The notes under the pieces: generated by a model
Told to the model about the DNA's origin: nothing
Seen by the model: the letters and a program-made list of their open reading frames with translations, nothing else
Databases searched by the model: none
Translations under genes and position numbers: made by a program
Shown here: one piece after another, positions 37,357 through 51,977 of the stretch
Numbering within the stretch: position 1 is the first letter of the stretch
Layout: each line of letters opens with the position of its first letter
DNA from: Elsinoe ampelina
Taxonomy: Eukaryota
Assembly: GCA_010093995.1 (NCBI GenBank)
Contig: ML992509.1
Coordinates: 1,201,850 to 1,265,849 of the forward strand
Direction: 5' to 3'
DNA length: 64,000 nucleotides

Positions 37357-38250
37357 CTATTCCCACCGCTGGTATTCCGGGAAATAGGTATCGTGTATCC
37401 GCTGAGCGTACTCCAACACCACAGGCTTGCTTCTGATGATTTTTTGTGACGATGGGGCTCTGACATAACATCAGTAATCGTTAGGGGTATTCGGAGTGTC
37501 TGACCACTCACGCAGTACACGTCAAATTCGAGCTGATGAAGCCAAACAACGTTGTGTCCGCCTCCGTGGGCTGTGAACCACCGAGTATCCAGTAGGGTTG
37601 GCCATCAACAGCCTTTGATTGCCGGTGTGCAGATTCCTCAAGCAGACTCTCGATGCTTTCCCATACTTCTAACCGGAACGCGGCAATCTCTTCAGAGGAG
37701 AAACGGCCGGTGCCTTGCCCGTAGAATGTCCGCATGTTCGCCCTATATGGAATATTGGCAAGGACGACTCTGATTGGATAAGGTATCGACGCCATGACAT
37801 GATCTCGCATCGTGTAGTAGTTCTCGTGCCACCTTTCATACCCCTAGAACCGGTCAGCTCCGATCCAATGGTTCCCCCTCAGACACGTTTACCTGGTAGA
37901 AGACCAGCTTGTCTTCCAAGAGCGCACGGATAGCAAGATCTTGTGCTCTTGCCGAAGGTGTCAGGTGAGCATTCAGATCTTCTGCGATGCCCCTCTTGAT
38001 AAGATCCTTGACGATCAAGGTTGAATCAGACATGGTCACCGGCTCCTCGCCCTCCTCCGCGATCGATATGTACGGTAGCTTCTTGCGTGGCGACTGGCCA
38101 AGTGATCCACAATCTGCTTTGTAACTGACATTGGAGAAACGTAGACGCGCTTCAAGTTTTGTCACAAATTGGGACCAGACAATATTGGCCTGGTACTTTG
38201 AAGCCGCGGTACAGTGTTATTTGCATGGTCGGGGCGACTGTTCCGGCCAT
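37357..38250 (-). pseudogene. GST-like / failed-axon-connections (FAX/metaxin-like) protein; frameshifted near the N-terminus as assembled
   Basis: ITLYRGF is in one frame and VWSQFVTKLEARLRF...SPRKKLPYI...SDSTLI in the next; PTEADTTLFGFI and EYAQRIHDTYFPEY; introns 37844..37892 and ~37460..37511. Confidence 0.72.
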
Positions 38251-38993
38251 GATGATATGTGATAGGTCTAATACGAAATTGACAGGGAAAGTGGAAGAAA
38301 ATAATGAGGGACGACGAGAATCTCACTCTTGTTATCGTGCTAAAGTATACTCTTACAACATACGGGCGCATTGCAACTCATGGTGAACGCCATGTAGTAC
38401 GCCTGAAACGGCGACGGAGAGGTCATCGCTGCGCTGTGCTGCTTCTCCGCGCGCCGTCCTCCGACATTTCATGGCCGGGTCGGCGTTTCGTTCAGCGATA
38501 TTGACGCATCTTGTCGGCTGATGAGCAATAAGAAAAAGTGCCATCGCAACTTTGAAAACAACCTGAATACTTGATGTGACAAAGGAGATATCATGAATGG
38601 GTGAGCAGGAAATTCCGCTCTGGTCATTGCAGAGGGCGATCCGTTTCGACTTGCCTTCATCGTCACCACATCGGCCGCATTTTCGCCGACTGCCGACCAT
38701 ATCGATATCGGTTCTCTGCTCCACCGTCATCTTGGTGTATCTATCAAGACACTCGAGGAGATTACGGACAATCGAGGCTCACAAGGTAGGAGGAAGCATC
38801 ATCTGAAGTGGAACCAAGTTCCTGCTGCGCGGCGACAATCATCACATTCCTGTACTGGCCTTAGTATTGTTCTTCGCTTGGCAATATCGACCCCATCATT
38901 TACTCTCTGGTTCCCACACAGAAGCTGTCACACTCGAATCCAACTCCTGTCGCATACGGCTGCATTGGCAATAATAGACACTCTAGGATTAAG

Positions 38994-40037
38994 ATGGGCT
39001 ACTCTTCTGACCCCATCTGGGCGGATATCAGCCCAATCCCCCAATCCGACGGCGGGCCCAATCCACTCGCCGCAATCTCCTACACAGAAGGCTATGCCGA
39101 AGCCATGTCCTATCTGCGCGCTGTAATGGCCGCAAACGAAATGAGCGAGCGTGCCCTGGACCTGACAGAGGACATCATAAGTTTGAACCCCGCACACTAC
39201 ACTGTCTGGCTGTACCGGGCGAAGATTCTCTCTTCACTCAACCTCGATCTCAACGAAGAGATCACCTGGCTGAACAACATTGCATTACGACATCAGAAGA
39301 ACTACCAGATCTGGCACCATAGGCAGTACCTCCTTGACCGCATCGGCAATGCAGATGGGGAGATTGCTTTTGTGAACCGCATGCTTGCGGGGGACGCCAA
39401 GAACTACCACGTATGGAGCTACCGGCAGTGGCTTGTGAGGCGATTTGGACTGTGGGATGTGAAAGGCCGCAATGGGAGGGCTGAGATCAAGGAGGCTCTG
39501 CAGGCTCAAGCGGAGGAAGACGGAGATGACGGCGATGAGGACGAGGTGCCCGACTTGGTGACCGAGGTGGCCGAAGAGACGAACGAGTTGGAGGAGACGG
39601 CGTTGTTTGTTGCCGCCGATGTGAGGAACAATTCAGCTTGGAATCATCGTTTCTTTATCGTCAACGGGAGCGAAGACGGTCAGGGTGTCAAGGATCAAAA
39701 TGTCTTCGAAAGGGAGGTGGCATTCGCAAAGGAGGCGATCCGAAAGGCACCGCAGAATCAAAGCCCCTGGGCTTATCTAAAGGGGACCGTAGAAAGGGCA
39801 AAGGGTAAGGATGGATCAAAGCAGCTCGTGGAGTTCTGCGGAGAATTTGTGGACTTGGATCAAGGCACGGTGAGGAGCAGCCATGCTTTGGATCTGCTCG
39901 CCGAGATATGGGGACGCGAGAAGAAGGTTGCAGAGGCAAGCAAAGCCTATGAGCTACTCAGAGACAAGTATGATCCGGTCAGGAGGAATTACTGGGAGTA
40001 CCTGCGAGGAAAGCTGGATGGTACTGCCGTAGCATAG
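38994..40037 (+). CDS. RAM2: Protein farnesyltransferase/geranylgeranyltransferase-I alpha subunit
   Basis: PFTA repeats NPAHYTVWLYR, KNYQIWHHR, KNYHVWSYR, RNNSAWNHR, PQNQSPWAY; terminal DPVRRNYW. Confidence 0.95.
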   Translation: MGYSSDPIWADISPIPQSDGGPNPLAAISYTEGYAEAMSYLRAVMAANEMSERALDLTEDIISLNPAHYTVWLYRAKILSSLNLDLNEEITWLNNIALRHQKNYQIWHHRQYLLDRIGNADGEIAFVNRMLAGDAKNYHVWSYRQWLVRRFGLWDVKGRNGRAEIKEALQAQAEEDGDDGDEDEVPDLVTEVAEETNELEETALFVAADVRNNSAWNHRFFIVNGSEDGQGVKDQNVFEREVAFAKEAIRKAPQNQSPWAYLKGTVERAKGKDGSKQLVEFCGEFVDLDQGTVRSSHALDLLAEIWGREKKVAEASKAYELLRDKYDPVRRNYWEYLRGKLDGTAVA

Positions 40038-40117
40038 CAGGAATTATCATGATCTATTGTATATCAAACACCAACAACGCCTTGTCATGTCTACTTAAGT
40101 CGTACATGACATTTCGT

Positions 40118-41276
40118 CTAGTGGTACCCATTAGTGTTGGCGCTTGGTACAGTCGCCTTCTCCTTCTTGCTGATCCTGTCATCCAAGTATCCATGCTCCC
40201 TCTTCCACTCGCACATCATATCGACGGTCACTGCGTTGCCGCCGCATACCTCGATGACCACCACATCATCCTTCTTGACTGGCCTGCCCAGTGCCTGCTC
40301 CAACCGACCACCATAGCAGAGAGCGACGTTGACACCACAAGCCAACTCGACCAAAAGATTCTCATCCTCTGCCAGTCGCCAACATCCCATAGCCGCCTCC
40401 CCATCGCTCAACACCGCGCTCTGCACATACTCCCTCGTCGACAGCAATTCATAACTCCTCCGACTCACACTCAACGCCCCCAAACTCGTCGCCTGACTCT
40501 CAATCCCCTCCAACCTCGCATGTCTCCCCTCAACCACACACCGATTGAAACTCTCCGCACCTCTCGTCTCCATGCCCAAAACCTTCGTCCCCTCCCCATC
40601 CCACCCATACCTCTCCACCCCCTCACAAATCCCATTGATCAACCCTCCCCCACCCACCGAACAAACAACCACATCCGGCCTCTCCACCCCCATGTCCTCA
40701 AGCTGCACCTTCACCTCATCAACAACAGTACTATGCCCCTCCCAAATCGCCTCATGATCAAACGGCATGACATAAACCGGCACCTCGCCCCTCGCCTCGG
40801 CAGCCGGAATCACCTCCTCGCGCAAGTACCGATCGGCCTCCCCCCACTGCCTCCCGATCTGCACCACCTGCCTGGCCCCCGCCGCGCGCAGCTTCGCCAC
40901 CATGAAATCCTTCGTGGCCGTGGGGACGACGACGGTGGCGGGGCGGCCGAGCGCGTTGGCGGCGTGCACGCATGCCAGGCCCGCGTTGCCGCCCGAGGAG
41001 CAGTAGAAGGCGACCCGCGAGGGGGCCGGGGAGGAGGCGAGTTGCCGCAGCATGTACAGCCCCAGGCCGCGGGATTTGAAGGAGCCGCTGGGTTGGAGGT
41101 GGTCGTGTTTGAGGAGGATTCTGCTTCTGCGGTTTAGAGATCGGGGGTTGCATGGTGGGGGGGAAGGGAGAGGAGGGAGGAGCGTACCATCCTGCTGCTT
41201 TGGAGAGGGGGGCGGATTCGGTGAGAGGGGTTTCGATCCAGGGTTTGGGTTTTGGGGCGAGGGTTTGGGCGCCCAT
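40118..41276 (-). CDS. CHA1: PLP-dependent L-serine/threonine dehydratase
   Basis: PWIETPL, LLKHDHLQPSGSFKSRG (PLP Lys), SSGGNAG, CSVGGGGL, VELACG, VCGG; one intron ~41126..41187. Confidence 0.9.
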
Positions 41277-42275
41277 TGTGGTGGTTTGGATGGGATGTGG
41301 AAGGGGAGAGGAGGGAAGGGTGAATGAGCAGAGTGAAGAGAGAGTTGTCGCGATAATGTATGGGATGGGCACGAAATGGATTGCAAGTTGACCAGGGAGA
41401 GACCCGGGATTTAATTCTGATATCAGGAATCTACGTCCGTCTGGGGAAATCATATCCCCACCCGATTATTGGTCCGAACGTGCCGTCCACGCCCTGTCAA
41501 TGTTGATACCCGTGACTCGATCCGGTGTCGTTGAACAGCGGTAGCATCGGACGTGGAACCATAAGTCGATCGCTGACAAGAACCGTCGTGCACATTCCCA
41601 CGAGAAAGACCAGGAACAATGTCCTGCGTGACATGGATGATGTTGTTGGAGTCGACGCAATCCGCTGATAAGCGTTTGATCCGTCGTGGTGGGGCAGTCC
41701 GAGGGGCTCTTTGCCCGATCAAGGCCGGATTACGGAGTTAGAAAAGGTCACGTCGGAGTTCGTCAGGTTGGCATTACCCCATGCTTACCCTATAACTTGT
41801 GCATTCGGACTTGTGACTGTTGACGACATGTTGTCAAACAGTGGTAAGAGGCCCATCACGGTGGATGGCGCGAGTCCAATCGACAGGTCCCTTACATGCA
41901 CGACAGGGTAGTGGTGGGTACAGATAGACAAGATACTAAAATTACTTTTGTCTTTTGTCTCTATAGGGAAGGTTTCTTATCAGCTCGAGTCCATATGAGG
42001 GCGAAACCTTTATCTCGGAGGTGCAGAACTTGAAACCCTGTACCACGGTATTGCGGGACTGGTGGGTAGAATCGGGATAAGAGTCCATTCACGTGGTCAA
42101 TCACCAACAGCTCCTGGATACAACGCCCGGGTCAGAAGGATTTTTGTATCTACATGACAGTGCTTCTGGACCTGGTCAGCTTCCACCACAGCCAGGGTCA
42201 CTTGCTTCTTCCAGAGTGTCTAGTGACATGTTGTCAGTGATTGAGGCTGTTGTCCACCGACACCACACAACTCCT

Positions 42276-44210
42276 TCAACCAGTATTGATCAAAGGCGGA
42301 AACAACATTGTCATCTGTTCCGGATCCTTCTTGCCGTATGAGCTGTCCGAGCAAAGAGCTGTATCTGCAAAACTTCGTTTACTGTCCTCGACATGAAGCA
42401 AGTCCAGTAGTTCCTTCGCCTTGAGAGGCATGAATGGCTGAAGCATGATGCCGACTATCCTCAACGTCTCAGTCATCAAGTACAAGATACAAGCCAGCCG
42501 TCGCTCTAAGAGGTCCTTCTCCTTTGCGTCTGCGTACGTCCCCTTCGTCAATGTCTTGTGAATCTTCCAAGGTTCGTGATTTTGGAAGAAAGCATTTGCC
42601 GCAAAGATACTGGACATGATAAGTTGCAAGGCCTTGTTCGGTGTCATCTCGTTGATCAGGTGGTCAGCGTTCTTGGGCAGGTTGTGCAACATCTTCCGGT
42701 ATGCATCGATATTCCAATTGACTGGCCTCGCCCTGGGTCCAAGAGCATTTGTCAGATCGACATGACAATCGATACACTCCTGCCGCAGAGCGTCGTGGTT
42801 ACCACCATAGCGACGATTGGCTTGCTCGGGATCGTACATCCTACTTGCCAGGACTCGACTGGCCAGGTTACCAAGACGGTCCTGTAGGTCGTTCTTATAC
42901 CGACCAACAATGTAGGAATTGTCGTAGTTGGCATCGTCTTCTAATCCACCATGATGAATCAGAAAATAGCGCATGATCTCTTCGCTGAATCGATCCATGG
43001 CCCAAAATGGGTTCACGACGTTTCCGATACTCTTTGACATTTTGCGGTCGTCCATGGTCCAATGTGCGTGCGTCATGATCTTCTTCGGTAACGGCAAGTC
43101 CAACGCCATCAGAAAAGCAGGCCAATAGATGCAGTGGAATCGAACAATATCTTTGCCGATTACGTGAATATCAGCAGGCCACGCTCCTTGATCCTTGCTT
43201 CCTGGTGGCCAAGGATATCCGGCGATGCTGGCATAGTTCAGGAGAGCATCCAACCAGACATAGATACTTTGAGTCGAGTCTGTTGGCACCCGTACTGCCC
43301 ATTTAAGGCGGTCGTATGGCCGAGAAACTGACAGATCCTCCAGCCCATCTTCCACAGCAGCGACGACACTGTCCATCCTGTGGGCCGGTGTAATCCATGT
43401 CGGGTTCGCTTTGTAGAATTCGAGTAGCTGGTCACGAAAGGCAGAAAGACGGAAGTGGTAGTTGTCCTCTGAATTCCACTGTACTTCGTTGCCCGTCTCC
43501 TTGGACACCATGAGCTTTCGGCCAGTACCAGGATCCAAGATTAATTGAACCTGAGATTCCGGATAGAACGCTTCGTCGCTGACTGCATACCATCCCTCGT
43601 GCTTGGATCTGTAGATGAACCCTCGTTCCTCGAGTACTGTCCAGGCATACTCGACAGCCTCCTTGTGGGATTTTGCGGTCGTCCTGACAAAGTGATTGTA
43701 AGATATGTCACATCGCTTGGCCAGGTCTTCGAAAATTGCGGCACCTTTGTCACAGAATGCTTGAGGGTCCGTCTCGGCCTTTTGTGCGGCTTGCTGGACC
43801 TGAAGTTCATCGTTAGATGGAAAAGCACCGAAGGAGAGGCGCGTGACAAACCTTCAATCCATGCTCGTCTACGCCTGTACATAGCACTGCTTCTCGCCCC
43901 TTCAGGACTTGCCATCGTTTCATGACATCTGCTAGTATCATGGTGTACATGTGGCCAACATGAGGTGCTGTTCATCTGTCAACTACTGTTGGCATCCCTT
44001 CTCGAGGCACTCACAAGCATTGATGTAGAATATTGGCGTCGTAACATAATACGGCTTCGCTCGGTCACTCGATGAAGTTGAGGCCATACCCCGTCGACCT
44101 TGTAATTTCGGTCGACATGATTGGCATACCCATGATGGTTTCCATCTTCGGTGGATCAGAGATTGCAGAGGAGTCAGTGGTCGAATGACTCCGGACGGAA
44201 GTGATCGCAT
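42276..44210 (-). CDS. MSM1: Methionyl-tRNA synthetase, mitochondrial
   Basis: Arg-rich presequence; YYVTTPIFYINA-SPHVGH (HIGH motif), TGVDEHG, YVWLDALLNY, GKDIVRFH, KMSKS; introns 43968..44014 and 43800..43851. Confidence 0.95.
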
Positions 44211-44366
44211 AACGAGAGGTCATACCGGTGTCGAGAACGTGAAGCCGATGGTGATCAATGTATAGACTTTTGGCCGGTCCGAGCTTCGGAGATTTATATA
44301 TCTTGCTTTCGGACACAACCACTCGTCAACACCTTTGCGCGTTCCTGCGCAAATAAGTTAGACAAC

Positions 44367-44945
44367 ATGGCTGCGTCTGGTATGCTGCCAGATGACGAGC
44401 TCACTCGTGTGTCCACCACAGGTCGGTCTATATCACCCTCTACATGACGTCCATACTGATTGCTTTCAGTCGCAGAGGAATTCACAGACGCGTACTACAA
44501 CGCACTGAACACAGCGCGCAACACAATTTCCAGCTTCTACGTGCCACCCTCGAACATCTCTCCTGGCCGCGATCTACCTCTGATCACCTCGAATGGCACA
44601 CAACTCTCCGATCCGACCGCATTCCAGAACACTTTCGAACAGATGCCGTATACCCACTTTGAGATTCAATCGCTCAATGCTCATGTCACGAATCCAAGCA
44701 TCACGAATGTCGCTGCCTTCAATGGGAAGCCGAGCAAGCGGGACCTGGAACAAAACATGAGCCTTCTTGTCCAGGTCGGAGGCTACGTCAGGTTGGTGGA
44801 GAGGAAGGAAGGGCCGATGAGAGGTTTCTCGGATACGCTGGTCCTAGTACCAAATAAGGAAGAAGTTGGAGGGAGGGGCAAGGCAAAGAGTGGTGAAGGA
44901 AGAAGTTGGTTGATTCAGACGCAGAACTTCAGGTTCACGGTCTGA
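44367..44945 (+). CDS. NXT1: NTF2-related export protein (Nxt1/p15)
   Basis: AEEFTDAYY, FEIQSLNAH, LLVQVGGYV, RGFSDTLVLVPN, WLIQTQNFRF; intron 44422..44469; divergent from MSM1 across ~156 bp. Confidence 0.85.
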
Positions 44946-45915
44946 GGTCAATCTGGACTACACGAGCGCCTGCAACTGGACCGAATTACGCCGGAATAAA
45001 GGGAACACTGGGCAGCTTTCCACAGCACATCCTAGGGAGCATTCGCTCGTCGAGAGCGCGCATACCTGGCACGCAAAGTCTACAAAGCGATGTACGCCTT
45101 GCATCGTGGGACGTTTGCAGGAAGTGGGTATCATTCGGTCGCTACTCTGCGGCTGTCTTAGGGCTACAGGCGCTGGGAATTACAGCACAAGACCCGCCAA
45201 GTCGCCAGTAAAGCCTCATTTTCAAAGACCGCAGTCAGTCGAAACACTGTATCGCTTCACTGCGGTGCCGATTTGGCCGCCTTCACCATGGCGATCAGCT
45301 CCTCACGAGTTGGAGCCTTCCCGACCGCCAAGTTCCTCTACATGTGTATCAATATCTCGCAACTTTCAGACTCTCGCTTCGACGTACGCTTCTGAGATAC
45401 TCCTTCAATTGAGTCTCTGTCCAAAGGTCGGGATCGCCACCAGGATCTTGCTTGGGAAAGATGTCCGAGGGGCCCCAGATCGTCCAGGCTGCGACAGCTG
45501 TGACAAGGCCGGCAAACCCAAAGAAGAGGTTCTAGGAGAGTTAAAGGCGAATAGCTTGAAATGACCAGTGCGCAGCCTACCTTGGATTGTAACGTTCGAT
45601 CCAGCTGGGTTGGCATGATGAAAAATGCTGGATCGAGAACACAATAGTACTAGACAAGGTTCCAGAATCAGAGTGCTGTTCTCGAACCGAAAAGACTGAT
45701 GTATTTTATATCAAGATCAAGTTGATGCCTAGAGTATGCTCCGGTGGCATGTGAAGTGGTCGCTGCTGCACAAGCTCCAGTTTCGGCAACCATAGAAATG
45801 AAATTCTTGGCAAAACCCCACAGGCACAGCGCAGAATTTCGACCATTATAGATTCCGAACCGACGACGACATTGAATCCTATACATTCGACCGCCCACCA
45901 CCCCAGTCGCCCAAA

Positions 45916-46384
45916 ATGCCTTCCGAAGTCACCGACATCAAGCAGTTCATTGAGATCGCCCGGAGAAAGGATGCTGGTTGTACGTTTAACCCCCAATCAC
46001 AAACTCGAGACTCGAGATCCCGCTCCTACATGTTCGATCCAGGCCGTAGGGAGCCATTGTCTGTCGCAGGACAAATACAAGAGGGCGGATCTGGCGATGC
46101 AACAGGACAAGAATGCTGACACGTCCCTTCACAGCCGCAAGAATAAAGCGCAACCGCTCCACCAACCAGATCAAGTTCAAGATCCGATGCAAGCGTTATT
46201 TGTACACTCTCGTCCTCAAGGACTCTGACAAGGCCGAGAAGCTCAAGCAATCGCTTCCTCCTGGTACGATCATGACGCTACGCATGTGAGATGGGACAAG
46301 GCGACTGACAGTCAATCAGCTCTTAAGATCTCCGACACACCCAAGAAGAACGTCAAGGGCAAGAGGGAGGCTCCTACTTCGTAA
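45916..46384 (+). CDS. RPL38: 60S ribosomal protein L38 (eL38)
   Basis: [20 protein letters not shown] / ARIKRN...[30 protein letters not shown]; introns 45980..46134 and ~46264..46319. Confidence 0.97.
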
Positions 46385-47048
46385 ATGTTGATATGAGTAA
46401 GAGGCGGTCCTGATGGCGTTCATGATCAGTGCATTCTCGGAAGGAGCAAATGGGAAGGACGAGTGTGTAGCGACCGACCACTTTGAGGACAAGTCACGTG
46501 AGGTTGTTACGCCCAAGCACGTCTACGGGTTCGGTCAGCGATGTGCCATTGGAAGCCCACGTAGGCAGACAGGCAGATAGACAAAGCCATCGACTTTCAG
46601 TCAATCTCCAGTATCTGGGCGTCTTCACGTCTCGTCTTACATGGGAGTTCATTGCAGCAAGTTGCAACATGAGAATACCGAGGTCCGCGGCATAACGTAC
46701 TTCTAGTCTAATTGCAGTTGCAACGAAATCCGAGCAGAAGAATGGTGGTTACCAGGCAGATCAGGACGGCCCTGCAATCGTGAATGTCCATTTCAGGAAG
46801 CTCCCATATAAATTCTTGGCATAGAGCTTCAAGAGAGTTGGCCTCCCAGAGCTCGGCCATCCACATTCAATCCCACCACAACAGTTCCTGTTGTCCCGCC
46901 CATTCTACAATTTCCGCGGCACATCTCCAGCGATACAATTCTCATCTTACCATCCACCAATTGCTCGTCCTCTCACTCATCCTCGAGTCCCCCATCCCCA
47001 TGACCATCTAACCTCCCTCCCTCCGCGCCTCGCGCCCTCCACGCGAAC

Positions 47049-49274
<2,226 letters not shown>

Positions 49275-49573
49275 GGGATGGGACGGGAGGATTGATGGCA
49301 TTAGCGAAATGGCATTTAGTGGGAATACAGAGAAAAGTCGGATACCCTTTTGTCTTTGAGAAGATGATAGCATGGGCAATTTGCAGAAAAAGTACATTTG
49401 TGCAGTGTGTACTCATTTGGATATGCCGAGAGAAATCCCACCGTCCTGGAACCGGTTGTGCTGGTCTGCCGTTCGACGGAGAGAATAGTAGAATGATGAA
49501 ATGAATGCCAACAGGGGAAGATTGCTAATTGTAAGAATGTTCATGAAGATCGTGTGGTGTTGGGGTGAGGTGA

Positions 49574-51648
49574 TCATCTCCCTGGTCCCCACTGGAGAGA
49601 GGTGGTATTGATAAGGGGCCACTTCCTGCCTGCTGCCCCTTCTGCAGGAGCATCAAAGGTCGGCTGCGGAGCCATGGGGCTACCGAAGGTGGTTGGAGGA
49701 GCCATCCTACTCATCATGGTGGGGTGTTGAGGAGCCATCTCAGTATGCATCGGGCGCGGTGGTAGGGAAGGCAGCTCCTCGGTGGGCTTGACTTTGAATT
49801 CGGGCTTGGTGCTACCTCCCAAGCGAAGCATGGACAGAGCACTTGGTAATCCCTCAGAAAAAGTCTGCTGGTTTGCAGCGGTCATGAATTTGTGTCGCTG
49901 CTCCATTTCCCTATCGTCGGCTTCTTGCCTCGATTGAAGTAAGCGCTTTTTGTTCTGCTGTTCCAAAAGCATGAGCTGCATCTGATAGTCCTGGAGTGCG
50001 AGGTCGCGATTGGTTGTCGTCCCCGATGGATCATTTGGAGTGGTGTAGAGGGTCGGGATATGTGGCGGGCTGGTAGACTTGATAGAGGGTATACTTGCAG
50101 TCCTGAATGATGGCGGAGGCGAAGAAGTAGCAGACTCGGATTTGTCCATGTCTCCTCGCAAGACATTGACCTGCTCTCTGAAGATTCTGAAGATGCGGTA
50201 TTGTTCGAGGTCTGCGAGCGGATCGCGCATGTACATGTTCGCAGGGTTCAAGTTGTTGTAAAGAGCTTGTGAGGCGGCGCTGCGCATATATCCTGGTCGG
50301 AAGCTTGGTTGACCGGGCATCGTTGTTGGAGCGGGAACGTCAGCTTCTTCACGAACAATGTTGAGGAGCGTGGCTACAAATGCCTCCTGCATGTATGCAA
50401 AGGAGAATTCGTTTGTGATGCTCGCCATGGCTCCGCAGAGCTTCTCTGGAAAATCGATCTTGACCTTTTGAGAGTCTTTTGCCGTGACCTTGTTTCTCCA
50501 GTACTCTGCATACAAGGTGCGTTCGTGCTGGTTGGGCAGTGGGAAGAGGTATTTGCGATCGAAACGACTGGGGCGCTTCGTGATACCAGGGTCAAGTCGC
50601 TCGAGAAAGTTTGTGGAAGCGACCATGAGAATGCCATCGTTGCTCTCCAGCCCATCTACCTCGTTCAAGAAATAACTGCGAGTCAAGTTGGTGATGATGG
50701 TCTCAATGTCTTCAAAAATGAGCATGCACGGGGCACAGCTTCTTGCAAATGAGAAGATCTGACCAATAGCATACGTGTTGGGAGCTTGCTTGACGTAGAG
50801 CGACTGGATGGGCTTCTTCCTATCATGCAGTGTGTGCATCAGGGCCTTGATGGAAATGGTCTTGCCGTTCCCGGCCGGGCCGTGAAAGATGATGCCTCGC
50901 TACGTATAGTCAGTATGCGGTAACGGCGCATGGATCCAGATTCGCGAACCTTCCATGGGACACCGAGGTCTTTGTACACGGCTTCGTCTGTCAGGGGTCA
51001 GTAAATGCGTGTTGCTACCAGGGGGCCAAGCTGACTATCGAAGAACTTGTTGGATACACTGGTCAAGTCCTTCTTCATATTCTCATCCAGGATGACATTG
51101 TCCCACTTTGCCTTGGCGACCTGTTCCCACAAAGCTTTGTCCTGACGCCAGTAATTGTCAAAGACCCAGACGATGTCATTGTCGGAAGTCTGCCAGACGC
51201 CGACGGCCTCGATCAGTTCATCTGTGACGCGGGATGGCGTGAGGACTGTCTCTGCCCCGCGTGGCTCCTTGAGAATGTATTGCACACCTCCGACGACGTA
51301 CAATATGAAGTCTTCGTTTCGCCATTGCAAGTGATACTTTGCGAAGAAGACTGTCTGACCAATAGTGGCGGTTCCGGATCTACCATAGCTAGGCAACCAA
51401 CCTCTCCAGCTAAAGGCGGGGTCGACTGTTGTGTCAAGTTCGACCTGGGCATGTCCAGCTCCGGCGAAGGCAAGAAGATTGCAATTGTTCGCAGGAACAG
51501 CAGTCAAGGTGAGTTCACTGTATCGTTCACGCAGAGCCGCCTGGTATTGAATGTCGTGATCGGCGGTCTTGCCCGAGGTGAGCTCTTCGAACTTGTCGTT
51601 CAAGCGCTGCTCCGGCTGCTCTTCGATGACCGTAAATGGTTCCATCAT
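49574..51648 (-). CDS. Fungal AAA+ ATPase with low-complexity C-terminal extension
   Basis: Spliced Walker A GIIFHGPAGNGKT, Walker B MLIFEDIE, SRH ASTNFLERLDPGITKRPSRFDRK; introns ~50988..51035 and ~50900..50949. Confidence 0.88.
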
Positions 51649-51977
51649 GGTGACAACAATGGTTGCAGGGCGATGAAGGAAAACGTGAGAGAAGACAAGG
51701 GGACAAGAGGAGACTCAAGTAGCCGGGAGGACAGCAACAGCTTGGAGCTTTCAGCAAGGGATCTATCTGCCTTTGGCTCTTTCAGGTTTCGGCCTGGGAT
51801 TTGCTCCAATCGGGCAGTGCCCCGCTTGCCTGAGCCGCAAATGAGCCAAAGACGATGAAGGTGGCTCGGTAGTGCCTAAAGAGTGAAGATTCTGTGTCTG
51901 GAAGCTCCTCAGTCGCGGTCGAATGTCCTGATCCGCCGTGATCGAGGAGAATCGATTTATCCATCGAACGGGTCAGT

